Below are positions 18,362-27,270 of a stretch of 64,000 nt of DNA, in pieces; position 1 is the stretch's first letter; each line of letters begins with the position of its first letter. The notes beneath the pieces were generated by a model that saw only the letters and a list, made by a program, of their open reading frames with translations, was not told the origin of the DNA and searched no databases. The stretch comes from Syntrophorhabdaceae bacterium (GTDB lineage Bacteria; Desulfobacterota; Syntrophorhabdia; Syntrophorhabdales; Syntrophorhabdaceae). Both the position numbers and the translations under genes were made by a program. The DNA lies in NCBI GenBank assembly GCA_963665295.1, contig OY762209.1, positions 4,736,001 through 4,800,000 of the forward strand, written 5' to 3'.

Positions 18362-18802
18362 CTAAAAGAGGCGGGCGCTTTTGCACTCCGAAACGGACCC
18401 CTCCACACACTTCTTCCCGTCTGTCCAGACAGCGCCCGTGAGGTCGGCGCCGTCGAGGTTGGCGTCCGACACTTCGGCGCCGTGCAGGTTGGCCTTGTTC
18501 AGAAACGCATTGCGCAGATTCACGCCCGTGAGGTCGGCGTTCCTGAAGTAGGCGCCTGCGAGGTTCGCGCCTGCGAGGTTCGCCTTGACGAGTTTCGCGC
18601 CGGAAAGGTTGGCCGAAGCGAGGTTCGCGCCTGCGAGGTCCGCTCCTTTGAGATCTGCCCCGTGCAGATCACACCACTGGCATTCCTTTGTTTTTAGAAG
18701 TTTATCCACATCGGCCTGTTTGAACGCGTACGAAGTGCCATATGCGAAAAACAACGCGGGGATAACGAGACTAACCGCCATAACTATGATTCTTGCTTTC
18801 AT
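18362..18802 (-). CDS. Secreted pentapeptide-repeat protein (paralog of 11905)
   Basis: Signal peptide, ANL/ADL repeats, and the same CxxCDL and WTDGxKC..SV..C caps. Confidence 0.9.
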   Translation of the reverse strand: MKARIIVMAVSLVIPALFFAYGTSYAFKQADVDKLLKTKECQWCDLHGADLKGADLAGANLASANLSGAKLVKANLAGANLAGAYFRNADLTGVNLRNAFLNKANLHGAEVSDANLDGADLTGAVWTDGKKCVEGSVSECKSARLF

Positions 18803-18834
18803 GAGACTGCCCCTCTCCCAAAAGTTTCGTGTAA

Positions 18835-20046
18835 TCAGTATCCATTCTTGAACATGCCGTTTTCGTAAATCACCCGCCTTTTTCCCGAAGCCAGATACGC
18901 GGTCACGGTCTTCTCCTCCGTGTTGATGAGATCCCAGTGGAGGGCGGAGTCATTGAAGCCGAGTTCCTGCTTCAGTTCTCTGGTCATTTCCTTCGGGTCG
19001 CCCGAGTAGGTGTCCGTGTAAGAAGACCCCAGGGCCACGTGAACGTTCCCGTATTCTCCCCCATAGTTCTCATCAAAGAGGGTATCCGCCATGAAGCGGT
19101 TGATCCTGGAAAAACGCTTGTCCGTGAGGGAGAACTCTCCCAGGCGGGAAGCGCCTTTATCCATAGCGATCTGTTTTGCCGCAAAATCACCGCCGGCCTC
19201 GGCTTCCACTTTCACTACCACGCCCTTTCTGAAGGAAAGGCGCACCCCTTCCACGTAGTTCCCGCTCCTGAAAGAAGGAAGGTTTGCATAATAAGCCCCC
19301 TCTGTCCCCCGCCAGTCAGGAGATAGAAACACCTCAAAACTGGGGATGTTGTGACCTGACACGCCTGCCCATTTCCTTCTCTCGCCGGGTCTCACCATGA
19401 GGTCCACATTTTCCGATTCCACGTGGAGACGCTCGATCTTGAGACCGTTAAGCCATTTCTTTATGCCCGATACATCGCGGTGGATTGCCTCCCACGCGCT
19501 TACCGGGTCGTCTTTATCGAGATAACACGCCTTTATGATCTGCGCGGTATATTGCTCGACAGTGGTCTTTGCCTGGTTCGCGAGTTCCGCGGTAGGGACG
19601 GTGCACAGGGTCCAGCCGTGGACTCCCTTCTCTTCCCTCTTTTCGAGAATGTCCCGGATCGGCTTCCTCGAAATCAGGAATTTCCCTATCTTTACGGGGT
19701 CTATCTCCTTGAGGTGGGTGAGCGATTCCGGCGCCCTGAGAAAGATCCTGCCGTGAAGGTTCTCATAGAATTCCTTCTCCCCGGGGGCGATAAATTTGAG
19801 CTGGCCTGGCGCCGCCAAATTGTAGAAGGTCTGCTCCATGCAATAGGTAAGGCCCATCCTTTGTACGGGGTTCATTCCAAGACCGAGTATCTTGCGGTAA
19901 ATGATCTCGGCGAGCGAGAGGGCCGGCGGGTCGTATTGAAGAAGGACCACGTCATTTCTGGCGAATTTTCCTCGTCGTGCGGTTTTGAGACCCCAGAGGA
20001 GTACGTCGGCGTATTTTTCGAGGTTCAGATCGGTAAGCATGGTCAT
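18835..20046 (-). CDS. M29-family aminopeptidase
   Basis: NIPSFEVF, LGEFSL, LFDEN, HVALGSSY, NDSALHWD. ATG 20046 follows GGGAGG. Confidence 0.9.
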   Translation of the reverse strand: MTMLTDLNLEKYADVLLWGLKTARRGKFARNDVVLLQYDPPALSLAEIIYRKILGLGMNPVQRMGLTYCMEQTFYNLAAPGQLKFIAPGEKEFYENLHGRIFLRAPESLTHLKEIDPVKIGKFLISRKPIRDILEKREEKGVHGWTLCTVPTAELANQAKTTVEQYTAQIIKACYLDKDDPVSAWEAIHRDVSGIKKWLNGLKIERLHVESENVDLMVRPGERRKWAGVSGHNIPSFEVFLSPDWRGTEGAYYANLPSFRSGNYVEGVRLSFRKGVVVKVEAEAGGDFAAKQIAMDKGASRLGEFSLTDKRFSRINRFMADTLFDENYGGEYGNVHVALGSSYTDTYSGDPKEMTRELKQELGFNDSALHWDLINTEEKTVTAYLASGKRRVIYENGMFKNGY

Positions 20047-20347
20047 TCTTCCCTCCCTGGAAAGGTCATTGAGAGAGACAACGACAGCCCGCCATCTCTC
20101 CACGAGGTTCATCGGGGAAAAGACCGGCTCCGGCTCCCATGGGTAGTATAAGCAATGTATAGTTGAATCGCAACTTCTTTCCCTCCCTATCGCCTTGCCA
20201 CGGCACATCGCTCGCAGGAGGTCCCGGGTGGACAATTCCCGGTACGGAGCCCCGGCCATATTTTGGGGATATGAAGGGGAAAATAGTTGACCCCTTTTGT
20301 ATTTCTTTGATAAGCTTTAAAAAAATCGCCACGGGGAGGATTTATAG

Positions 20348-20563
20348 ATGAGGTCGGATGGCAGAGTAGCGAGAGTTACGGAAATAATCGCGGGTTCCAC
20401 AAAAGGGTTCGATGATGCCGTCATGGTCGGTTTCAAGAGGGCGTCCAAAACCTTGAGAGGCATCACGGGCTTGAGAGTGAAAGATCATAGGTGCAGTGTG
20501 GAAGACGGAAAGATCACCGAGTTCCGGGTCACCCTGGACGTCATCTTCGTCCTGGAAAACTAA
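20348..20563 (+). CDS. Dodecin-family protein
   Basis: VARVTEIIAGS..GFDDAV..ASKTLRGI..DGKITEFRVTLDVIFVLE. Confidence 0.9.
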   Translation: MRSDGRVARVTEIIAGSTKGFDDAVMVGFKRASKTLRGITGLRVKDHRCSVEDGKITEFRVTLDVIFVLEN

Positions 20564-20642
20564 GTGCGGTCCCGGGGCTGTCCCTTCGGGCCGCCCTGGA
20601 TTCCCGGTCCCCGCTGCTCCGTTCCGGAGAGGGAGATTTCTC

Positions 20643-21125
20643 ATGAGCAAGGACAAGCTTCCCACCACGCCCGCGGTACGCGTGCTCAGGGAAAATAGTG
20701 TTCCTTTTACCGAGCACCCTTACAAATACGAAGACAGAGGCGGGACGGCCGTGTCGGCGAGGGAGCTCAATGTAGACGAGCATGCGGTCGTGAAAACCCT
20801 CGTCATGGAGAACGAAGACAAGAGACCGCTTATCGTGCTCATGCACGGCGACAGAGAGGTTTCGACAAAAGAACTTGCCCGCATCGCGGGGGTAAAACGC
20901 ATCACCCCGTGTACTCCGGAGACCGCGCAAAAACATACGGGTTACATGGTTGGCGGCACGTCGCCCTTCGGCACCAGGAAGACAATGCCCGTTTACATGG
21001 AGGAGACTATCCTCGAACTTCCAAGGATATTTATAAATGGCGGGAGGCGGGGCTACCTTGTCGGCATCGACCCCGGGGAATTGGTGCGCATTCTGAAACC
21101 TGTAATCGTAAAGGTGGGAATTTAG
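20643..21125 (+). CDS. ybaK: Cys-tRNA(Pro) deacylase
   Basis: TPAVRVL..VVKTLV..TGYMVGGTSPFG..INGGRRG. Confidence 0.92.
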   Translation: MSKDKLPTTPAVRVLRENSVPFTEHPYKYEDRGGTAVSARELNVDEHAVVKTLVMENEDKRPLIVLMHGDREVSTKELARIAGVKRITPCTPETAQKHTGYMVGGTSPFGTRKTMPVYMEETILELPRIFINGGRRGYLVGIDPGELVRILKPVIVKVGI

Positions 21126-21158
21126 CGGGGGTCCCGTGTCCGGAACCCCGCCTTTTTG
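21125..21158 (+). terminator. Probable intrinsic terminator after ybaK
   Basis: gcggggg-tcc..gga-accccgc stem followed by cttttt. Confidence 0.55.
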
Positions 21159-21171
21159 ACTTGTAGGGATG

Positions 21172-21552
21172 TTACTTGATTTTCGCCTGAACGTTCTTGA
21201 GGTTGTCGGCGCATACGTCTTTCAAAAGCATGCCCTCATCCTCCTTAACGTTGGAGAGTGTTACACGGCTGTCACCCGCATTCGCGATGGCCTTCTTGTA
21301 AAATTCCACCGCCTCTTTGAATTTTCCATCCTGTTCGGCAATTGTCCCCATACCGTTCAGGGCATACGGATTGGCCGGGTCAGTCTGATACGCATCCTGC
21401 ACCGATGCTTTGTACCTGTCCATGTCGCCCTGATTCCGCCACTCGATGGCGGTCCTCATTTTCTGGTTGGCCAGCATGCTCGAGCAACTCACTACCGCAA
21501 ATGAAGCAATAACAACGAACATAACCAAAACAAGAGTCTGAGTCTTTTTCAT
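21172..21552 (-). CDS. TPR-containing lipoprotein
   Basis: Lipobox VVSC; TPR-like DPANPYALNGMGTIAEQDGKFKEAVEFYKKA. Confidence 0.8.
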   Translation of the reverse strand: MKKTQTLVLVMFVVIASFAVVSCSSMLANQKMRTAIEWRNQGDMDRYKASVQDAYQTDPANPYALNGMGTIAEQDGKFKEAVEFYKKAIANAGDSRVTLSNVKEDEGMLLKDVCADNLKNVQAKIK

Positions 21553-21711
21553 GTAGTCCTCCCCTTCCGATTTTTAAGTTATCCTATGATACCTTTACAT
21601 GATTTTCAAGACTTATTTCAGAATATCGAATAATTCGACATTGTTCGCATCACTGCACAGGCATCCGGGGAAGGACTGCGGGAATGATCCCATGGAGGGC
21701 AGGAGCCGCCT

Positions 21712-22122
21712 TTACGTGTTCTCCTTTCCGAACTGCTCGACGTAGCAATCGTAACAACACCGCGATTCTTTCATATAATTGTGTTCCTTGCAGATATACT
21801 TCCCGCAGCGAACGCACTGGGCCACGCCGTCCGTGGACGGGCAGAACTGCTCATCACACACCCTGCGCCCTTTTTCGTCAAATTTCCTCTGGGTCAACCT
21901 CACCCACTCGTCGGCTTCCTTCTGTTTATCCTTGACGATCGCCTCCATGATGTCGGGACGCCAGGAATTCAGAAAATCGCCCACTTCGCCCTCGATCGTG
22001 GCATTGCGAATATCCTTATCCTTTTGCTGTTTCGTGATCCTCTCCACGATCCTGTCGATTTCATCCTGGTCTGCGGCTTCCAGCTTGAAGCCCAGTCTTT
22101 TAATGTCGTTCAGTATGGCCAT
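21712..22122 (-). CDS. Hypothetical protein with C-terminal B-box/AN1-like zinc finger
   Basis: C-x4-C-x8-CVRCGKYICKEH-x7-CCYDC; SD GGAGGG. Confidence 0.75.
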   Translation of the reverse strand: MAILNDIKRLGFKLEAADQDEIDRIVERITKQQKDKDIRNATIEGEVGDFLNSWRPDIMEAIVKDKQKEADEWVRLTQRKFDEKGRRVCDEQFCPSTDGVAQCVRCGKYICKEHNYMKESRCCYDCYVEQFGKENT

Positions 22123-22235
22123 ATTCCCTCCAGATTAATGCGGCCCCGTTGAGGCGGCATGCACAGTTTGTAATTTATACTTTTTCCGGAGCCCTGTCAA
22201 CGCCGCTACCAGGTTGGCTGATGCCGGAAAATGCA

Positions 22236-22264
22236 TTGACAAGAAGCCTCCAATGAGCTATTCT
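22236..22264 (+). promoter_or_regulatory. Sigma70 promoter of the vor operon
   Basis: TTGACA-N17-TATTCT. A divergent TTGACA-N17-TAAATT at 22200-22172 serves the 22122 gene. Confidence 0.65.
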
Positions 22265-22297
22265 TAAACGTTTTAATAATCGGGATGACCAACTGAC

Positions 22298-22507
22298 ATG
22301 AAAGGAACTATCAAGATTGACCGCGAACGATGCAAAGGTTGTTGTTTTTGCATCGAATTCTGTCCGAAGAAGACCATATTACTCACGGATAAGTTGAATA
22401 TTAAAGGCTATTTTACCGCTGATTTTCAGGATAACGACCAGTGCACCGGATGCGCCACCTGCGCCCTTATGTGCCCTGAAGTGGCTATAGAGGTATTCCG
22501 GAGTTGA
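22298..22507 (+). CDS. 2-oxoacid:ferredoxin oxidoreductase delta subunit (2x[4Fe-4S])
   Basis: CKGCCFCIEFCP and CTGCATCALMCP. Confidence 0.92.
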   Translation: MKGTIKIDRERCKGCCFCIEFCPKKTILLTDKLNIKGYFTADFQDNDQCTGCATCALMCPEVAIEVFRS

Positions 22508-23574
22508 AAAAGCTGATGAGCGGCAACGCAGCCTTGGGAGAAGCGGCAGTCCTTGCGGGATGCACGTGCTATTTCGGCTATCCCATTACCCCTCAGAACG
22601 AACTTACCGAGTACATGGCGAAACGGGTGCCGGAGGTGCCCGGGGGCGTCTTCATCCAGTCGGAAAGCGAGATCGCGGCGATCAACATGGTCCTTGGAGC
22701 GAGTGTTGCAGGAGCCAGGGCCATGACCTCTTCGAGCAGTCCCGGCATCAGCCTGAAGCAGGAAGGTATCTCCTACCTCGCGGCCGATGAGCTTCCCGCC
22801 GTTATAGTCGACATGGTACGAGGGGGACCGGGGATGGGCAATATCTCGCCGGCCCAGTCCGATTACTTGCAGGCGACCCGCGGCGGCGGACATGGAGATT
22901 ACAGGACAATCGCCCTCGCGCCCGCTTCGGTGCAGGAAGCGGCCGACCTCATGCCTCTTGCCTTCGATCTCGCCGATCAGTACAGGAACCCCGTGGTCGT
23001 ACTGGGAGACGGAATGCTCGGACAGATGATGGAGCCCGTGTCCTTCGACCACATCAAAAAAGAGCGTGATTTCCCCAAAGACTACATTCTGAACGGAGCC
23101 AAAGGGAGAGCGGCGCGCAAGATCCATTCCCTCCTTTTCGACACCAAGGAAGAGGAAGAACACAACTGGAAACTTTTCAGGAAGTTCCAGCGGATGGAAC
23201 AAAATGAGGTACGGTACGAAACCCTCCTCCTCGACGATGCGGAAATGGTCGTAATAGCCTACGGTACCTCCGCGAGGATTGCGAGAGGCGCAATTAAGAG
23301 GCTCCGGCAGGAGAACCTGAAAGTAGGCCTTATCCGGCCCATCACTGTGTGGCCCTTTCCCAAAAAGATCATCAAGGAGACGGCGGCCCGCGTAAAAGAC
23401 TTCTTCGTCTTTGAAATGAGCACCGGTCAACTGATCGAAGACGTGCAACTATCTCTCGAGGGCAAAGGACATATCCATTTCTACGGACGTCCCGGCGGCG
23501 TGATCCCCACCCCCCTTGAGCTTTACAGGATAATATCGCGCCATTACTATCAGGCGCAACGGGGGAAGAAGTAA
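22504..23574 (+). CDS. vorB: 2-oxoacid:ferredoxin oxidoreductase alpha subunit (VorB type)
   Basis: GYPITPQ, QSESEIAAINM, TSSSSPGISLKQEG, RGGGHGDY. Confidence 0.88.
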   Translation: MKKLMSGNAALGEAAVLAGCTCYFGYPITPQNELTEYMAKRVPEVPGGVFIQSESEIAAINMVLGASVAGARAMTSSSSPGISLKQEGISYLAADELPAVIVDMVRGGPGMGNISPAQSDYLQATRGGGHGDYRTIALAPASVQEAADLMPLAFDLADQYRNPVVVLGDGMLGQMMEPVSFDHIKKERDFPKDYILNGAKGRAARKIHSLLFDTKEEEEHNWKLFRKFQRMEQNEVRYETLLLDDAEMVVIAYGTSARIARGAIKRLRQENLKVGLIRPITVWPFPKKIIKETAARVKDFFVFEMSTGQLIEDVQLSLEGKGHIHFYGRPGGVIPTPLELYRIISRHYYQAQRGKK

Positions 23575-24314
23575 TGAAACAGGTATACGCAAGGCCCAGA
23601 TGCCTCAAGGAGGCCCATTTCCATTATTGTCCCGGGTGCGGTCACAGTATCGTTAACCGCCTCATCGCGGAAGTGGTGGATGAAATGGAGTTAAGGGACA
23701 GGATTATCTGCGTCGCTCCTGCGGGATGCGGTATGCTCCTTTACAACTATTTTGACGTGGACACTCTCGAATCGGCCCATGGCCGGGGTGCGGCAGTATC
23801 GACAGGCATAAAACGGGTGCTTCCCGACAATCTCGTCTTCTCCTACCAGGGGGATGGCGATCTGGCGGCTATAGGCACAGCGGAAGGCTTCCATGCAGCA
23901 AACCGCGGAGAACTCATCACCGTGATCTTCGTAAACAATGGAGTGTACGGCATGACGGGCGGACAGATGGCGCCCACCACCATGCTGAAACAAGTGACCA
24001 CCACGTGCCCCACGGGGAGAAACCCCCTCCACGCGGGCCATCCCGTGAAAGTCTGTGAAGTCTTCTCAGTCCTTGACGGCACGTCTTACCTCGAAAGAGT
24101 GGCGGTGAACAACCCCGCCAATGTGATAAAGGCAAAAAAGGCGATCGTGAAAGCCTTCCGGCATCAGATGGATAAAACAGGCTTCTCCCTTGTCGAGGTC
24201 CTCTCTCCCTGCCCCACTAATTGGAAGATGACCCCCATTCAGGCATGCAAATGGATCGACGATGTGATGACAAAGGAATTCCCTCTCGGGGTGATAAAAG
24301 AGGTCCAATGCTGA
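23574..24314 (+). CDS. 2-oxoacid:ferredoxin oxidoreductase beta (TPP-binding) subunit
   Basis: HYCPGCGH, YQGDGD..NNGVYGMTGGQ, LSPCPTNW. Confidence 0.92.
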   Translation: MKQVYARPRCLKEAHFHYCPGCGHSIVNRLIAEVVDEMELRDRIICVAPAGCGMLLYNYFDVDTLESAHGRGAAVSTGIKRVLPDNLVFSYQGDGDLAAIGTAEGFHAANRGELITVIFVNNGVYGMTGGQMAPTTMLKQVTTTCPTGRNPLHAGHPVKVCEVFSVLDGTSYLERVAVNNPANVIKAKKAIVKAFRHQMDKTGFSLVEVLSPCPTNWKMTPIQACKWIDDVMTKEFPLGVIKEVQC

Positions 24315-24847
24315 TAAAGACCATTTTCTCGGGCTTCGGAGGTCAGGGCGTCCTCTCCATGGGTTACACGGTGGCAAACACCGCCATGTTGGAGGGCAAT
24401 TATGTTACGTACTTTCCTTCTTACGGTGTGGAAGTGCGTGGCGGGACCGCAAACTGCACGGTGGTCGTTTCCGATGAAGAGATTGCGTCTCCCGTGGCGT
24501 CCGAGCCTGATTTCGTGGTAGCCATGAACCAGCCATCCTTTGCGCGGTTCCAGAGTATACTCCAGTCCGGCGGTCTCATATGTGTAAACTCATCGATCGT
24601 CGACACCTCGTCGGCGAGACATGACATAGAGGTCCTGTCGGTTCCCACAACAGAGCTTGCGGGGCAGGTAGGGTCGCCAAAAGTGGCCAATATGATTATG
24701 CTCGGCGCTTTTATCCGAGCGAGCAGCATCATCTCTTTCGAATTCATGATAAAGAACCTTTCCCAGATACTGGGGGAGGGAAAATCGAACCTTATAAAAC
24801 TGAACAAGCAGGCCCTCGAATTGGGCTTCAATTTCGTAAAGGAGTAA
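24308..24847 (+). CDS. 2-oxoacid:ferredoxin oxidoreductase gamma subunit
   Basis: SGFGGQG, PSYGVEVRGGTA, NMIMLGA; ATG 24308. Confidence 0.92.
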   Translation: MLIKTIFSGFGGQGVLSMGYTVANTAMLEGNYVTYFPSYGVEVRGGTANCTVVVSDEEIASPVASEPDFVVAMNQPSFARFQSILQSGGLICVNSSIVDTSSARHDIEVLSVPTTELAGQVGSPKVANMIMLGAFIRASSIISFEFMIKNLSQILGEGKSNLIKLNKQALELGFNFVKE

Positions 24848-24853
24848 AACCCC

Positions 24854-25282
24854 ATGTTTATTAAACAGATATCCATCGTTCTGGATAACATCCCGGGAGC
24901 AATGTCCCACGTAAGTGAACTGCTCGGCAGGGAAGGGGTAAACATCAGGGCTATCTCGGTCGCAGACACGTCGGATATCAGCACGGTCCGTTTTGTGGTG
25001 GACGACCACGTAAAAGCAGTCAACATCCTGAAGGCAAACGGCTTCAACACAAAAGAGACGGACGTCCTTGCAGTAGAGACCCCGGACCATCCGGGCGGAT
25101 TGAACGCGGTGCTTAAGCCCCTCAAAGATGCGAACATCAACGTCCATTACCTCTATCCCCACTTAGGGAGAGTCGGTGGGCAGGCTATCGTAATCCTCGG
25201 CGTGGACAAGATCGAAAAAGCCCAGAAGACCCTGAAACAGAACTGGATAAGGACCCTCGGCAAGGAACTCTACAATATCTGA
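24854..25282 (+). CDS. Tandem ACT-domain protein
   Basis: KQISIVLDNIPG..VNIRAISVADT..PDHPGGL..INVHYLY. Confidence 0.9.
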   Translation: MFIKQISIVLDNIPGAMSHVSELLGREGVNIRAISVADTSDISTVRFVVDDHVKAVNILKANGFNTKETDVLAVETPDHPGGLNAVLKPLKDANINVHYLYPHLGRVGGQAIVILGVDKIEKAQKTLKQNWIRTLGKELYNI

Positions 25283-25457
25283 CCCCCTCCGGTTTCGTCA
25301 TAAGCCCTCATAGCTAGCGACATGACATGGCCACAGGTGCGCTGTTGCCGACAGTGTAACTCGTTTTTTCCTTCCCGGCTTACTCTCAAAACATGGGAAA
25401 CAACTCGAAGTAATGGTACGTAAGGCTTTAAAACTCATGGGTAATAAGGCACAGGTG

Positions 25458-26486
25458 TCAGCCTTTCAGGGCTATGTCTCTCGTCTTTATGCGGTAGAGT
25501 TTGATGAGGCGGAACATCTCTTTTGTGGAGATCGACCGTCGTTTGAGGATGGCCTTTCTTTTTGCGAGCATCTTCGGGAGACCTTTGATGCTGTCTTTGT
25601 AGGCTTTGAAGAGGATGCCCACCAGTTGGCCTCTGGAATGCTCCTTGGAGAACTCCCCTGACGCGCCCTTGCCCGCGAGGGCGCCGTAGGCCTGGCACGC
25701 GTAGCGCAAAAACGTGAAGAACTGGCCGTAGAAGACGAGGAGCAGAGGGAAATTCTTCACCATGAGCCACATCCTGTTGCGCTCCACGAGGTATGCCTTG
25801 AATGCGGAATAGGTCCCCGAGGAGGCGGAATGGAGGTGCCGGGCCCGCGCGGACGGGGCGTAAATGCAGCGCCACCCCCTGATCCGGGCGCGCCAGCCCA
25901 GGTCCGTATCGTCGGCATAGGCGAAGAAATCCTCGTCGTAATATTCCTTTCCCAGCCGGATATCTTCGAGCATCTCCTTCCTGTAAAGGGCGCAGCACCC
26001 GCTCGCAAAAAACACCTCCTCCTCCCGGTCATAGCGGCTTGCCGCCTCCAACCTGCCCCGTCCTATGGACAGGCCGTCGGGAAAGACCGTAATCCCCGCC
26101 GCGTCAAGGGCGTCAGGAGGGTCAGGAACGTAAATCTTCGACGCGCACGCGCCGAAGCGGGGGTCCTTATCGAGGGCTCTTTTCATTTCGCCGATACATA
26201 GGGGATCAAGTTCCGCGTCGTTGTTGAGGATGAGGATATAGTCGCCCCCGGCCCGGTCTATCCCGATGTTGTTCCCTCCCCCGAACCCGAGGTTCTTTCC
26301 TGTTTCAATGAGGACCACATTTTTGTAGCCCTCCCGTACGATATCGGGAGAGCCGTCCGACGAGCCGTTGTCCACTACAATCACTTCGAGGGCGGGGTAG
26401 TCCTGGGCGAAAACGCTGTCGAGGCAGCATCCTATGAAAGCCTTCCCGTTCCAGTTCAATATGATGACCGTGACCAGATCGTGCAT
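25458..26486 (-). CDS. GT2-family glycosyltransferase
   Basis: VIILNWNG, VVDNGSSDGS, NLGFGGGNN, LNNDA, FFAYADDTDLGWR. Confidence 0.92.
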   Translation of the reverse strand: MHDLVTVIILNWNGKAFIGCCLDSVFAQDYPALEVIVVDNGSSDGSPDIVREGYKNVVLIETGKNLGFGGGNNIGIDRAGGDYILILNNDAELDPLCIGEMKRALDKDPRFGACASKIYVPDPPDALDAAGITVFPDGLSIGRGRLEAASRYDREEEVFFASGCCALYRKEMLEDIRLGKEYYDEDFFAYADDTDLGWRARIRGWRCIYAPSARARHLHSASSGTYSAFKAYLVERNRMWLMVKNFPLLLVFYGQFFTFLRYACQAYGALAGKGASGEFSKEHSRGQLVGILFKAYKDSIKGLPKMLAKRKAILKRRSISTKEMFRLIKLYRIKTRDIALKG

Positions 26487-26535
26487 CTGTCAAATGTAGT
26501 GTATAGGGCGACATGAAGTCAAGACAGATTTGGTG

Positions 26536-26940
26536 CTATTTCTTCCCCACGTAAGAATCGAAGAGGCTTTTCCCCACGAAAAAGTCCGCCCACGCCATAC
26601 CGATATCGGGCAGGGTCGAATTTATGATCCACTTCCCCGGGGGCACAGATTGGGCGACGAACTGGGCAATGGTGAAATGGGCCATGAAGACGGTCCCGTA
26701 AACAACGATCAGCCCGTTAAGGAGGTATCCGTACAAGGCCGTTCTCTTCGAAAGGAAGAGTCCTGTCACCACAAAAACGTCCACGAGGGGAAATATGAAG
26801 GCGAGAAAATTCGTGGCATTAAAAACGAGGATGTCAGGATGGAGTGCATCCTGGGGCGTCATGAAGGGATGAATCCTGTAGTGGAGAAGGAATCCCGCTA
26901 CGGCCATGATAAAGAGGGCGGCAATGAGGGCTCTTCTCAT
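26536..26940 (-). CDS. Hypothetical ~4-TM membrane protein with His/Asp residues
   Basis: ATG 26940; hydrophobic segments carrying LLHYRIH, LVDV, MAHF, LPDI..WAD. Confidence 0.75.
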   Translation of the reverse strand: MRRALIAALFIMAVAGFLLHYRIHPFMTPQDALHPDILVFNATNFLAFIFPLVDVFVVTGLFLSKRTALYGYLLNGLIVVYGTVFMAHFTIAQFVAQSVPPGKWIINSTLPDIGMAWADFFVGKSLFDSYVGKK

Positions 26941-26944
26941 CCCG

Positions 26945-27052
26945 TCACCCTTTAAAGAAACCGGCGATGTGACCAAGATAAAGGGTAAATCCGACAGCGA
27001 AGGCGTGAAGTATCCACCACCCCGGCTTGTAACGCATGAAATACCGGATCAT
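26945..27052 (-). CDS. Unannotated 35-aa single-TM small protein
   Basis: SD GGAGGTGAG then ATG; MIRYFMRYKPGWWILHAFAVGFTLYLGHIAGFFKG*; stop lies 4 nt before the next ATG. Confidence 0.7.
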   Translation of the reverse strand: MIRYFMRYKPGWWILHAFAVGFTLYLGHIAGFFKG

Positions 27053-27199
27053 CTCACCTCCACAACAGATGCCCTATGGTATAGACCACCGATATCCCTA
27101 TGAAGTGGATGACCCACCATAGGGGTCTCAAGAAACCGATCTTCCTGGAAATGCTTTCGTTTTCCAATCCCGCCCGCCGATATTAGTAATGTCTCTACT

Positions 27200-27228
27200 C
27201 CTATAAGCATGTCAGCAAAGCATTTCAA
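27200..27228 (-). promoter_or_regulatory. Putative sigma70 promoter for the small-protein/4-TM pair
   Basis: Minus strand TTGAAA-N17-TATAGG. Confidence 0.4.
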
Positions 27229-27270
27229 GACCGGGAGGTAATATTTGTGAAGGCAAGATCCGGCACGCGC

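Noticed and set aside
20201..20216. Sigma54-like CGGCAC-N5-TCGCA upstream of dodecin
   Set aside because: GG-N10-GC spacing fits, but it mismatches TGGCAC/TTGC and is easily a chance match in GC-rich DNA.
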